Source: Eukaryota sp. TZLM1-RC
Taxonomy: Eukaryota > Protista > Metamonada: BaSk clade
DNA: 64,000 bases
Assembly: GCA_040285825.1 (NCBI GenBank)
Contig: JAUPSS010000002.1
Coordinates: 868,001-932,000 of the forward strand
Reading direction: 5' to 3'
In this document: in pieces, positions 36,257 to 48,434 of the stretch
Layout of the letters: each line of letters begins with the position of its first letter
How positions within the stretch are numbered: position 1 is the stretch's first letter
The notes under the pieces: model-generated
What the model saw: the letters and a program-made list of their open reading frames with translations, nothing else
Told to the model about the DNA's origin: nothing
The model's database searches: none
Program-made: the position numbers and the translations under genes

Positions 36257-37865
36257 ATGAGTATTCTTTCTGGTCTCAAGTTGTGTATTAAATGTTCTGA
36301 TGATTCAACAGAGGAAAAACTGTTAGATATTGCTGAAGCTCTTGGTGGGCGCATTCGTCCTCTCAAAAAGTCAGATGTACTTATAGTAGACGATGACTCA
36401 ACATGTGATACCTCAAATGCAACACAACTTAATATTCCTGCAGTTTCGACAGAGTGGCTATTGGACTCCCAAGCACAAAATGAACGTCTTCAATATACTG
36501 CTTATCTTGTTAATGAGCTACCTCAACAATCCGAACAAGACCCTGAGTTAGACCCCTCAATGTTTGCCACACAACAAGATTTGACTGTCCAAGAGTCTTG
36601 TTTGTTTAATTCTGTTTCTCCTCACCATAGCTGAACCTGTTTGCCCTCCAGCTCCCAAGAAGGTCCTACCTTCATCTTCAAAAGAGAGAAAGGAAATGTC
36701 CAAGGACAGTTTACCTGCATCACAGACACACATGGCTGTTAATGCCCATCGTAAAAGATTATCTTTTGATAAAGATTCCAATGAACCGGACAACACATCA
36801 ACTAGCAATCTGGCACCCAAAGAAGAAGATGAGGAAGCACTTATTGAACCAGATGAACTTTCTACACCAATTACAGCAGTTTCCGAAACCAAAAAAGCAA
36901 ACGACCCCTTTCAATTTAAAAAGGTGGAGAAAACCTTTCGTACAATTAAGTCAAAACAAAAGCCATTAACAAGCAGCAAAGTTGAACGATCTCGACTTAC
37001 TAAAGAGGCTGACATTCCAAGCCAGGAACAGACCACAACTAAATCTGCTGGTTCAAAAAGAAAAACATCCAACAATAAACCAGGGAGGAAGAAAAAGAAT
37101 GTTACCATTGATGCTGAAATTGATGAATATAATTATTCCCAGGAGGAATCTGTCCACGAAGTTTCATCTGATGATGATGCTGGCCTTTCTATGTCCTCGG
37201 GATCTATCAAAATAGCCTTTTCCGCTTGTCCTGAAGGATTTAGAAAAAAACTGTCCAAATTGAGAAAGGTTGTTGGTAGGGATGTATGTGAAATTGTTGA
37301 TACAATGGACCCATCAGAAGTTGAGGCTGTCAATGTCTTGGTTCATGGGGGGTTAATGAGAACTGCAAAGCTGTGTTTTGCAATTACTTCTGGTTCAACC
37401 ATTGTCACTACTGAGTGGGTTGACGAATGTATTGGTCAAAAGAAATTAGTTAATCCCATTGAGTTTGAATCAACGTTATTTCCTGGTTGTAAAGCTGGTA
37501 GATTATTCTTGGATGCACTTGAACGTCAAGCTGAAAAGGACGAGCCTTTGTCACCTCGCTTATTAGAAGGTTTAACCATTCTTATTGACAAAAAAACATG
37601 CCTTAATCATAATGTTTTGGCCAAACTAGTGGCTTCTTTGAAACCAAAATCTATTCTTTCATTAACCCGTACGTTGCCCTCTGTTCATGTAGATTATTGT
37701 TTAGTCCATAAAGATTCGACTAAAATTCCAAAGAATGCGCGGGGTGTAGTAGTAAAAGAAACTTGGTTATATGACTGTATCACTGCGTTTAAATTACTAC
37801 CCCACGAAGATTACTGTCTTGGGGTAGCAAATGAGTTTACTGCTTCCAGTCAAGCAGATGAATAG
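36257..37865 (+). CDS. BRCT-domain protein (1 N-terminal + 2 C-terminal BRCT; microcephalin-like layout); 31-nt intron at 36600-36630
   Basis: ILSGLKLC..LGG..IPAVSTEWL; RTAKLCFAI.SG..IVTTEWVDEC; LLEGLTI..VVKETWLYDCI. Intron GTTTGT...CATAG joins the two ORFs in frame. Confidence 0.85.
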
Positions 37866-38134
37866 TGTTTTTTGTGTATTTCAATTAAAATTATGTTCAG
37901 GTTTTTTTGTTTAGTAAAAATTATTGACTCAATATGTCCAGCTTAAAAAGATCTAAATCCAACCAATCCGATCCTAAAATTTAAGGAGTCTGGTAAGCTT
38001 AAGTAAAAGTTCAACTCAGGCTGGAAATCAAGCCTTTGATCATCTTTGACCATCAACAAAACTGACATTGGAAAATGTCTATTAATTTAGCAAAAACTAG
38101 AAGATTACTGCCTGCAATGTTGTTGTAATATCCC

Positions 38135-39397
38135 ATGTCACTGAACACTGCCAAGACTGAATGTCTTGCGTGGCTATTAGAACATGTTGTTCCTTTGTCT
38201 CCTGAGTATGGAAAACCTTTACCCATTGTTTTAGATGTCATTGATATTCTCTCTAAATACAATAGCTTTGGAGAACTCCTTGTTGATGATCCTTTTCTTT
38301 CCAAAGATGTCATCACAGAATGTGTCAAGTATATAGACCCTTTGATTTCCGAGGTCATACCAATTCCTCGTACATTCCCCACGACCCCACAAAGTGCCAT
38401 CTATCTTGGATGGAAGCCTTGTTTTGTGATTGCCCACGGCTTTCTTGTTCTAACCAAAGCTTCTTGGCCCACATTTTACGCATCTTCTTCCACCCACGGA
38501 GCCCTTTATCACTTACCAAAGTCTACGCCAATCGATCTCTCCCTCTCTCCCTCTCTCACCCTTCCTTCAGCCAATTTTTCTTATGTGTCGATCTCAGGAA
38601 TAATCCAACCTGAACCCATCCCAAATTCCCCTCTTTTACTTTTGAACCCCTCTATTTCTGTCCATTCTGTATTCAGACCCATCAATCCCCCTCCGATATC
38701 GCCTATCAATAGTTTAAATGAAGTTGAGCCATTCACTCTAATTTCAAATATTTTTCCAAACAAAAACCCCCTTGTCTGTCTATCTTTTCTTTTATCTCTG
38801 GTGTCAAGTTTTTTTTCCAGTGAATCTGATGTCAAACTTCATATCTCATTCCACCACTTGGACCTGTCTCTTGCTTCAGCACTTTCAAGTCTGGTTTTGA
38901 GCAGTAATTCTCCTAATCCAAACACTCAGGTTGTTTTATTGACATCATTTAATTCAAAACTAAATGAATTAATTGATTCTGGTCCTTGTATTTGGATGTG
39001 TAATGGAGATTCTGAATTTCCATTTATTTTTACTAATAGATTTCAATCAAATTATCAGTATGATTGGGAAAATGTAGTTACAATTGAGGATTTTGATAAT
39101 GCAAATTGTACTTTGGACAACTTCTACACAAGCTTCCTCTCTTGGTGGATTGCTTCTGCTGCTTCTACTCGATCCACTTTATCCACTGAGGCCCAGGCTT
39201 TGGTTGTTAAGAGCTTTGATTGTTTGGTTTCTAATTATTCGGTGTCAGAAGTTGCGATCCCAACTGTCCAGTCTATTGCTTTGGCCAGTTGTTGCTTTGC
39301 TTCATTAAGAGGGTCTGACGTGGCATCTGTTAGTGATGTTCAATCGATTTTAGTCTTGTTTAATGAAGGCTTAGATTTGGAAAATGTTTGGGAATAG
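38135..39397 (+). CDS. Hypothetical protein with MCM-lid-like C-terminus (MCMDC2-like?)
   Basis: 420-aa ORF; LSTEAQALV...SIALASCCFASLRGSDVASVSDVQSILVLFNEGL resembles the MCM lid helices; no Walker A seen. Confidence 0.45.
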   Translation: MSLNTAKTECLAWLLEHVVPLSPEYGKPLPIVLDVIDILSKYNSFGELLVDDPFLSKDVITECVKYIDPLISEVIPIPRTFPTTPQSAIYLGWKPCFVIAHGFLVLTKASWPTFYASSSTHGALYHLPKSTPIDLSLSPSLTLPSANFSYVSISGIIQPEPIPNSPLLLLNPSISVHSVFRPINPPPISPINSLNEVEPFTLISNIFPNKNPLVCLSFLLSLVSSFFSSESDVKLHISFHHLDLSLASALSSLVLSSNSPNPNTQVVLLTSFNSKLNELIDSGPCIWMCNGDSEFPFIFTNRFQSNYQYDWENVVTIEDFDNANCTLDNFYTSFLSWWIASAASTRSTLSTEAQALVVKSFDCLVSNYSVSEVAIPTVQSIALASCCFASLRGSDVASVSDVQSILVLFNEGLDLENVWE

Positions 39398-39526
39398 ATG
39401 AAAATTATAAATAATGTTTCGAATAAATATTTGATGAAATGTTTTATAAATCAGAAAAAACATACTGTTTTCTATTATACACATGAATAAAAATTAATTG
39501 ATAAATTAACAATAATTGAACAATTC

Positions 39527-41455
39527 CTATATTAAATTGTCAAAACCATCTAGTTTTAGTGTTTCAAGTTCTTGTTCATTTTCATCTTCATTTTCATCTA
39601 TTGTTTCAACCAACTTCACATTCAAAAGATCTAGTAGAGCTTTAAAGTGCTGAACTTGCTGTAAGCCATGATCCTTATGTTCATCAATAAACTTCTTTTT
39701 CTCACCCAAAGACTTGTAAATATCTCGTTGAGTCTTGATTAACTCCTCAAACATTGCCTTGAAAGAGGTATAATCATTCGATAACTTCTCTTCTCCTTTT
39801 CTGAAAGAAACTTCCATCTTTGCTCGCTGCATTTGGGATTTGTAGCTTTGGATTTTCTCATTTAAAATAAAGTATTGAGATTCAAAACCACTACACTGCT
39901 GTTCAAGAGTAGAAACTGACTGGGTAAGAGATTTAACTTCGTCTAGAATATTGCCAGTAGTTGAGTCAAAATCAGCTTTTGCCTTGTTGTATTGATCAAG
40001 TAATGTTGAATGTTCATTTTTTAAGGCTTTGAAATTCTTAACCAATGGTTGTAACGTACGTTTCTGTTGGTTTAATTCATTGTTGACTGAGTCAATATCA
40101 TCAGTCAAATCATCAATAACATCATCGACAGTTTCCTTTTCTTGCATCTGATCAAAGCTTACCTGAGGCCAAGTATCCTTCAAAGCTTCGACAGCATTGA
40201 CAATGGCCAAAAGTTCCGCTTGCTTCTCAACCAGTAATTGTTTTGAATCCTGAAACTTTGTCTTCAATTTTCCAACTTCACTAGCATAAGTTCTTAATTC
40301 GGCCATAGTCAAGCAAGGTCCACGTGATTCTTCCATCATTTTGATCTCCTCTTTCAACTCCTTTTGCTTTAATTTTTCCTTTTCCAGTTTTTCGAAAATC
40401 CTTTTCCTGTTCTTATCTAGTGCCAGTGACCGCTGTCTGAATATGTGAAGTTGGTCATTCGGGTCCAATGAAGCTCTCTCTGCAGACCTTTTATTAATAA
40501 GAGCCTGGAGATCCCTCTCTTCTTGAATTAAATTCTCAACACGTTCTCTAATTTCGAAATCATCAGTACTACTTGCAAGAGAATACAGTTGCAACTGATC
40601 ACGAACCTTGGCCACCTTTTGAGGAAGCTCTTCTTGACATTGCTTCTGTAGAGAAACCACCTCATTCTCCAGTGCCTTAATGACATCTCCGCTCTTCATT
40701 GAAGAAGCCATTGTAAGATTGTGTCTGATTCGAGAGTGATTGTTGCTGACCGTGTTAAATTTCAATGATTGTTCAGTGAATGACCTTCTCAGTTCAGTGT
40801 TTTCCTGTTCTTCCTGACGTACCTTGGAAGCAATCCCCAAAACTTCATCAAGTTTAATTCCAGATGAAAGTCGTTCAAGTTTGGTGGTTTTTTGTGACAC
40901 TGCATCTTGCAATCGTTGCTTCTCAGAGTCCATTCGTTGAACTTCATTGACAACATCATTGAGTACCTTGCCCTTTTCCTCTATGGACGACCATTCTTCA
41001 TAGAGGGATTTGAATTGTGTCTGAAGTTCTGTAAGGGTGCGTAGCCCGTTCGCAACCTCCTCATGAACAAGGAACTCAGGGTCAATGGTGGGAGGAGTGG
41101 TGTACTTGGATAGGTATAGATTAGACTTGAGAAAGGAAAGATTGTTGATGATGAAGGACATGAGCTTGTAAATAGCTTCTCTGTTGCCATTTTCGATAAG
41201 TTGAAGAAAAGAATCAGTACTGGAACCAGTAATATTATTAGGAAGGTCAAAGAGGTTGATCAGTTCCAACATTTTGGATAGGTATTCAGAAGGCGTGAAA
41301 GTTGCTGCTGATTCCATGGTTTCGGGGGCCACAAGAGCGCATACTTGGCCCAGCAGCTGATGTAGATCATCAGTGGAGTACTCCTCTAAACGAACCCTGG
41401 AGAGCCTCTTATTCAGCACCTCGTTTAGCTGACTGAGAAGACTTGAGAGCTCCAT
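39527..41455 (-). CDS. IFT81: Intraflagellar transport protein 81
   Basis: 642 aa, CH-like N-terminus then coiled coil; YLSKY...IDPEFL..EV..ELQTQFK and KKFIDEH...QVQHFKALLDLLNVK match IFT81 as I recall it. Confidence 0.8.
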   Translation of the reverse strand: MELSSLLSQLNEVLNKRLSRVRLEEYSTDDLHQLLGQVCALVAPETMESAATFTPSEYLSKMLELINLFDLPNNITGSSTDSFLQLIENGNREAIYKLMSFIINNLSFLKSNLYLSKYTTPPTIDPEFLVHEEVANGLRTLTELQTQFKSLYEEWSSIEEKGKVLNDVVNEVQRMDSEKQRLQDAVSQKTTKLERLSSGIKLDEVLGIASKVRQEEQENTELRRSFTEQSLKFNTVSNNHSRIRHNLTMASSMKSGDVIKALENEVVSLQKQCQEELPQKVAKVRDQLQLYSLASSTDDFEIRERVENLIQEERDLQALINKRSAERASLDPNDQLHIFRQRSLALDKNRKRIFEKLEKEKLKQKELKEEIKMMEESRGPCLTMAELRTYASEVGKLKTKFQDSKQLLVEKQAELLAIVNAVEALKDTWPQVSFDQMQEKETVDDVIDDLTDDIDSVNNELNQQKRTLQPLVKNFKALKNEHSTLLDQYNKAKADFDSTTGNILDEVKSLTQSVSTLEQQCSGFESQYFILNEKIQSYKSQMQRAKMEVSFRKGEEKLSNDYTSFKAMFEELIKTQRDIYKSLGEKKKFIDEHKDHGLQQVQHFKALLDLLNVKLVETIDENEDENEQELETLKLDGFDNLI

Positions 41456-41899
41456 TCTTAGAAATATTGTCTATAACAATGAAATAAGTGTCCTCAAACA
41501 GAAATACTGAACATTTCGATCATATCTCTTCCATAGCCTTGTACCTAAATTTTTCCGTTTTCTACAGTTGAAACAACAACAATTGGTTGGAAAAACATCT
41601 ATTAAGAGACCATATAACCACCCTTCTATCCAAAATTCTTAAATCTTTTGAAATGAAATTGAGTTCAATTTTCATTTTGTTTAGTCTACCCTGTAATTCA
41701 TATAAAGATATTCACTGTTTGAAGTTGTAGTGACAGGCTCTTGTTTAAGAATACCCTTATTAATTGAAATTGGTTACCATGTAACAACAGCTGTAGCAAG
41801 TGTTTCACAATGGTCTCAAAGTTATTATTGTAATGTGTTAGATAAAAATGAATTATTCAAAAAACCCACTTTTATTTACCATTTTTAGATGTCATGTCT

Positions 41900-42170
41900 T
41901 TGATTTTTCCTTGCTCGGATCTTTAGGTAAGGCTGCTTCGATTTTCCTTGAGGAATTTAATGTAGTTGTAAAGGAAATGACTGGAAGAATTTTCAATCGT
42001 TTTTACTGACAAAAACGGATGGTATTTTCTATTTATCAGGGAATGGTGAAATTAATTGCTGATTCACTTTCTTCTTTTGATAAATTTTCTGAATCATTAG
42101 TAATTAACTGTTTCGATTTAGGAGGGGCAGGTTTTGAGGATGTGAAGATTCAGTTGTGTATTTGATTTTT
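41900..42170 (+). mobile_element. Non-LTR family B 3'-end relic
   Basis: FSLLGSLGKAASIFLEEF..VKEMTGRIFNRFY*QKRMVFSIY...GFEDV. Confidence 0.7.
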
Positions 42171-42199
42171 ATTACATCTTGATTTGAAAAATGAACTGT

Positions 42200-42580
42200 A
42201 AATCAGAAAACCTTATAACCACCATTTTCAAATAAATTTTTCAAACCATTTCTTCTGATAGCTTCTTTGCATTTCCTCTTATTTTGGTGTTCTCAGTGTC
42301 CAAGATGTTACAAACGAAGTAAATACAATAAAAGAGGGAGAAGTTAAAAAGTTTACAATAGAAATATCACTTAACCATTTGGCTGAGATCACCAATAACC
42401 GATTTTCAGCTGTGAATCTTTTCGCCTTAGATCTTGTCAATTGATATCTGCTCTCCATCTTACTTTTCTAAATAGTCTGGGAGGTAAACCGAAGCAAAAA
42501 TACTGTTAACAGAACTCATTGTGTTTGGTCTATTCCAGCAAGTTGGAAATTCGACAGCGAGCACTGTTGAAAAACTTCCA
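42200..42580 (-). pseudogene. Fanzor1 relic G (family 1), internally deleted
   Basis: LAGID (RuvC-I-like), LRFTSQ..KSKMESRY, then LGH*EHQNKRKCKEAIRRNGLKNLFENGGYKVF, resembling IGDW.Q...KFKEP.KGKG.R.LF.KAGYKVY. Confidence 0.55.
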
Positions 42581-43079
42581 TTGTTGCACGGTTGTTACTT
42601 CACACGCTGACCATGAATAAAAATGACATATAAATTTATTTATTAAAAGATAAACCACAGCCAGCAAAACCTTATACGTACAGAAAAGACGTATAGAGGT
42701 GTTTGAAACTGATTTTTGGATTACTTTAATACATCTTGGCTTAGTATTGACGATAGAATCATTCTCAAACCAGAAGAGTCACTGTATATCTTCCAAGTAG
42801 TGAGTTCAATACTGTCACTTAAATATGTAGAATAGTGAGTTGACAAGGACTGTTTTGCCTACCAAGAAATACCACGCTTCTTAATTAATTAAAAGATGCT
42901 GTGTTAAAACAAGACGACACGGCATCGATGGAATTCACCTTCGTGCCTTCATATTCAGATTAGAAAGATCGAACCTAGAAACGGGGTGGTTAGTTGTGAA
43001 AATCATGTGGAGATGAAATTCTCAGTGGAGATGACGATTTACCAAATTAGCAGTAAGATGGTGTTTTTTCTCTTCCAGC

Positions 43080-45813
43080 ATGAAGTCTATCCTTTTTATA
43101 GGACTTTTCCTATGTTTATCATACGCAACTATTGAAGCCAGTTCTAACTCCATTCAGTGTAGCACATGTGAATGGTTTATGTATGTTGCCAGTCTTGGTA
43201 GCGACGTTAACCACAGTGGTACAGTTCAGTCCAAGATCACTGAAGACACTTCCAAGGAAGAAATAGTTCAGTATCTCCAAAAAGCATGTCAACATGTCCC
43301 CAGTGGTCTTCAACCCATGTGTGAAGATTTCTTTGAACGTTACACCCCGCAGCTGGTCGATCTTCTTGTTGAGCGCCACTCTGCTGTGGAGATTTGTACC
43401 AAACTTGGTTTGTGCAAGTTAGATGAAGAAACTGTTGCTTTCCTGGCTGATGACGACAATGGAATCATCAACTACTGTTCAGTCTGCAAGAAAATCGTGT
43501 CTTACGCTGAGGAGTGGCTTGTCAATGAATCAACCGAAGCCACTGTTTCTGAATTCCTCGCTAAGGTGTGTACCTATTTACCAAGCAAGATGCAGGACAC
43601 TTGTCGTGATGTTGTAAGTACTTACTACCCTCAACTTCTCGAAATGCTAGTCACCAAGTTTGATCCCGATTTTCTCTGTGAACTCCTTCGTATTTGTGAT
43701 GACACTTCAATGCAGCTCGCTGAAGATGTCCCAAGTGTCAATGGCATTTCCTGTTCAGTTTGCAAATGGATTGTATCCAATATTGAATCCAAAATTTCGG
43801 AAGATTCCACAAAGGAAGAGATAATTGAAATGGTGGAAAAAGTTTGCAATTATGTTCCCAAATCAATGCATGCATTGTGCCTTTCAATGATTGAAGAATA
43901 TGGTGCTATGATAATTGATCTCTTAGTGTCCCGCTTCCCTCCCGATGTCATATGTCAAACAATTGGTCTGTGCCCTGTGAGCAACAACATGAACTCGATC
44001 CAATGCTCTGTCTGCACATGGATTATTGGAACTATTGAAGCTAAAATCAGTGACGAAACAACAGAGGAGCAGATTATTGAATTTGTTGAACAAGTCTGCA
44101 ACTTTGTTCCTCAATCCATGAAAGTCATTTGTCGCACCATGATTGAAGAATATGGCCATAAAATTATCGAAATGATGGTTGACCGTTTCCCTCCCAACGT
44201 TGTTTGTGAAGCCATTCATTTATGCCCCAAACAGCCAGTCAGTCTCACTTCTGATAATTCAATTCAGTGCTCTGTCTGCACATGGATTATTGGAACTATT
44301 GAAGCTAAAATCAGTGAGGAAACAACAGAGCAACAGATTATTGAATTTGTTGAACAAGTCTGCAACTTTGTTCCTCAATCCATGAAGACCTTGTGTATCA
44401 ATATGATTGAAGAATATGGCCATAAAATTATCGAAATGATGGTTGACCGTTTCCCTCCCAACGTTGTTTGTGAAGCCATTCACTTGTGTCCTCAAGAACC
44501 AGCATATACTGATGTTAATGGATGGACTGCATGTACTATCTGTAAGTATCTAGGTGAAAAGGTCAAGCTTGTTCTCTCTGACAGAGCCACCGTTGCTGAA
44601 ATTGTTGCATTTGTTGAAAAGGCCTGTGATTACGTTCCTGTAGGAGCCAAGGGCCACTGTCAAGATTTTATTGAAAAGTTTGGTGCCAACATGGTTGACT
44701 GGCTTGTCGATAGACTTGATGCCGAAAAAGTTTTGTACCTTTATTCGCGTGTGTGAAGCTCAAGAATTGGAAACATCTGATGTTAATGGATGGACTGCAT
44801 GTACTATCTGTAAGTATCTAGGTGAAAAGGTCAAGCTTGTTCTCTCTGACAGAGCCACCGTTGCTGAAATTGTTGCATTTGTTGAAAAGGCCTGTGATTA
44901 CGTTCCTGTAGGAGCCAAGGGCCACTGTCAAGATTTTATTGAAAAGTTTGGTGCCAACATGGTTGACTGGCTTGTCGATAGACTTGATGCCGAAAAGTTT
45001 TGTACCTTTATTCGCGTGTGTGAAGCTCAAGAATTGGAAACATCTGATGTTAATGGATGGACTGCATGTACTATCTGTAAGTATCTAGGTGAAAAGGTCA
45101 AGCTTGTTCTCTCTGACAGAGCCACCGTTGCTGAAATTGTTGCATTTGTTGAAAAGGCCTGTGATTACGTTCCTGTAGGAGCCAAGGGCCACTGTCAAGA
45201 TTTTATTGAAAAGTTTGGTGCCAACATGGTTGACTGGCTTGTCGATAGACTTGATGCCGAAAAGTTTTGTACCTTTATTCGCGTGTGTGAAGCTCAAGAA
45301 TTGGAAACATCTGATGTTAATGGATGGACTGCATGTACTATCTGTAAGTATCTAGGTGAAAAGGTCAAGCTTGTTCTCTCTGACAGAGCCACCGTTGCTG
45401 AAATTGTTGCATTTGTTGAAAAGGCCTGTGATTACGTTCCTGTAGGAGCCAAGGGCCACTGTCAAGATTTTATTGAAAAGTTTGGTGCCAACATGGTTGA
45501 CTGGCTTGTCGATAGACTTGATGCCGAAAAGTTTTGTACCTTTATTCGCGTGTGTGAAACTGAACACCATCTTCAATCCCAAGATAATGGAATATGCAAG
45601 ATTTGTCACAATGCTGGCTCTAAAGGAATTGAATTTGTTGAAAAACTCAAAGAACACCCTGAATTATTTGAGAAACTCTGTGATCTTGTTGAGCATCCCA
45701 CTGAAAAGTTCATGTGCAAAAGTCTTATCAAAGCAAGCCTACCCAACATTGTTGATTCATTGATTGAACACATTGACATCGATCAGTTGTGCCATATTGG
45801 TCACTTTTGTTAA
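43080..45813 (+). CDS. Secreted multi-saposin-B (prosaposin-like) protein, 10 domains; 36-nt intron at 43181-43216; probable +1 A error at 44725-44729
   Basis: Signal peptide; ten CxxC...C...C...C...C units. The extra A occurs in only one of four otherwise identical repeats. Confidence 0.9.
44509..45558 (+). repeat. 4 x 267-bp identical coding tandem repeat (one saposin domain each)
   Basis: Unit starts at 44509, 44777, 45044 and 45311. Confidence 0.95.
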
Positions 45814-46099
45814 TTTTACCTAGCATTCGTTTTCATTATTGTTTTTATAAACGCTGATGTATAGCTTATATGTTGTCAATCAACAATTTTTTATTCAAAT
45901 TCAGTCGTAAAAATGTATTGATTGCTTTATTATTATCAATTTTGTCAACACTATTTATAAGTTGTCTCTTTGCATGTTGATAGAAAAACGTGTCTTTTTC
46001 TTTCTCAGTATTAGACTAACATACTCAGACTCGACGATGAGATACACTCAAGCTCGACTCTACTCTGTGTTATCCTCTTTCATGGAATCATTTTTGTTA

Positions 46100-46780
46100 T
46101 GTATTAAGTTTTTTTGATTTATTTCAGTATTCATATTTCATAACCCGAAAAATAAACTCAAATTGATGTTCCCAAGCCATGTCAAGCCATCTTCTAGTTC
46201 TGTTTTTGCAATAGTAGAGAAATCGTCTAGAAAAGATAAGGCCGTTTTACCCAAGGTTCCAAATAAAGAAAAAACAAAAGGGCAAAGAAGGTATTGAGTA
46301 TGTCAGTTGGAATTCAAATTATTGATTTTTCAGCATATTTGATAATTTTCGCTTCTTCAGCTCTATGTAAACTTTAAACACAGAACAGAGGAATCCTCGC
46401 ACAATCCACATCATTTAGGTATGTTGATGTTCAAACACATTTGACTTTTGAGGACACCGAAAACAGAACCATTTGCCATTTTTTTAGAGAAAAGACGATA
46501 CCGGTCCCAACGTATAAAATGCATATGCGTTATAAAAGAGCTTCTATGGGTCTGACAAGAGGTGATTTGGTTGTTGAAATGGAAGCTTCACTATTGAAGA
46601 TGCCATGTCCATTGACCCCTGTAATTCTTCTAATAAACATTTCATCAATTCTGATGTCAATAACCCTCTTCTTGTGGGTGAAAATACAAAACTGCTAAAT
46701 ACGCGACCTATTCCTTCTGTCAATAACAACTTTCATGGCCAATATAATATATGTCCCTTTGTTTTTTCTGGCAGCGGGCT
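46100..46780. mobile_element. Two decayed family-B-like RLE fragments, head-to-head (about 46100-46440 minus; 46530-46780 plus)
   Basis: Minus: AEEAKIIKY...LCPFVFSLFGTLGK; plus: RGDLVV...MSIDPCNSSN...ICPFVFS. Confidence 0.6.
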
Positions 46781-47320
46781 CTCATAAAATACTGTTGATG
46801 GATTGTCGTGGCCGAAGTCCATTTGCTAAACGGAATGCTGGTGTTACTTATCTCTTTTTGGTTATTTTTGGACAACTCCCAGCACGTATATGGTCACGTA
46901 ATAGCTTTTATCTCGTTTGAGTGGGTATGGCTTTGTCATGCCCGATACTCGTTCCTTTGGTTCGATTCCAGGGTTTTAAAAAAGGTAATACAATAATCAA
47001 TGTCCGTATTTTGATTAATTACAATCATAATTACCACTATTATTGCAATTAATATACCAATTCCAGGTGATATGGTTTGATATATTCATCGCGAGTTTTG
47101 TCTAAAATATAAAACATACAACAATCATCATTGCATAATGTTTTTTTTTCAATAGTTTTGTCGTAAATTTCTCATCACAAATTGATACATCAACTAGTCT
47201 AAAATTTTGTAAATCCTCAAAAACAATCTTTGGTAGTATTTTGATTTAGTTTTCCATTTCCACAAAAAATAATCATTTTTCAATCATTTGTGTTTTCAAA
47301 TTTAAGTTATGAGTTAATTA

Positions 47321-47978
47321 TGTATTTATTGAATTTGCACACTTAATTAAATTAACTCATAACTAATGGGACGACTATCATTGAACCAAGATTTCCTCTA
47401 CAAAATCTTGATCTGCTTGCAGTCCAGCTAAAGCTTCACTAATTTGATTGAAAAACCGTGGTAATCTACTAATAATGGCAAATTGAATCCGTGAACGCCA
47501 AAAAAATATCAAATCTTTTCATTGTTTTTTCTTGAACCATTTTTTGGAAGTCATTCAAAATTGTTTCTGCTTCAACTGATGATCTTCCATTTATCGAAAA
47601 TGGGAAAGCAATAAAAACCAGCTGTGTATTTCTGTCGGCATTAGCCTCTTCAATATCTTTATCATATTTTCTATGTTTCTCTTTTGCTTTAAAATCAAGA
47701 GCAGTCACAGGATTAAGTTTTGTGCTGTAAACCAAAGTATCATTTGCAACATTACATGAGACAAAGACAACAATAGCTTCAGACTTATCAATCCAATCAC
47801 AGTATACATCACCTCTATCATCAGAACTAAAATTATTCAGAGAGGGTGTTTCCTCCAGCAGAGGGTCTTTGATACACGATATTCTTGCAGTTTGTGCCAT
47901 ATTGAAAACAATGTCTCTAACAGCATCATGTAATGAAGAACGATAAGTTATCAATTTAGAACAATTCAGAGCATGGCT
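47321..47978 (-). mobile_element. Family A 5'-truncated copy (RLE + 3' UTR)
   Basis: Near-identical to 23105-23760. Confidence 0.9.
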
Positions 47979-48434
47979 AATCTGATTGTAATTGATTTAA
48001 GTAAAGCTAATACTCACCATTGATTAGAGAAAAATCATCAGGAAATAACTGACAAAATTCAAAGACGAAATTTTTCCCCTCCTAAAAATGCTGCTTTACA
48101 CAAAATCGAAAATTTGGTGAAACCAATTCCATCTAAATCAGGAGACCATATTAATGATTACGAATTATAGATTCATTTACTTTTAAAAAAGAAGAAAAGA
48201 ATTTGACCCAAAGTTTGTAAAAAGATCTGCGAAAATGGAGAGATATACAATTTTACTGATAGTAAACGAGGGAAAAAGTACAAACTTTTTTTGATATAAC
48301 TTTAAACTACAACCGTATTGATTAAACACAATTAAAACTGTCTATATACAAATTAAATAAAAAACAACGAGAATTAAATAAACAACAACGAGAATTAAAT
48401 TATTTTTGCAAGTCACAAATAATCCAAAGATTAC

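Noticed and set aside
44725-44729. Programmed frameshift in the saposin gene
   Set aside because: An extra A in a homopolymer in only one of four identical units; most likely a sequencing or assembly error
44509-45558. Regular repeats as a CRISPR-like array
   Set aside because: Contiguous 267-bp coding units with no spacers; they are saposin domains
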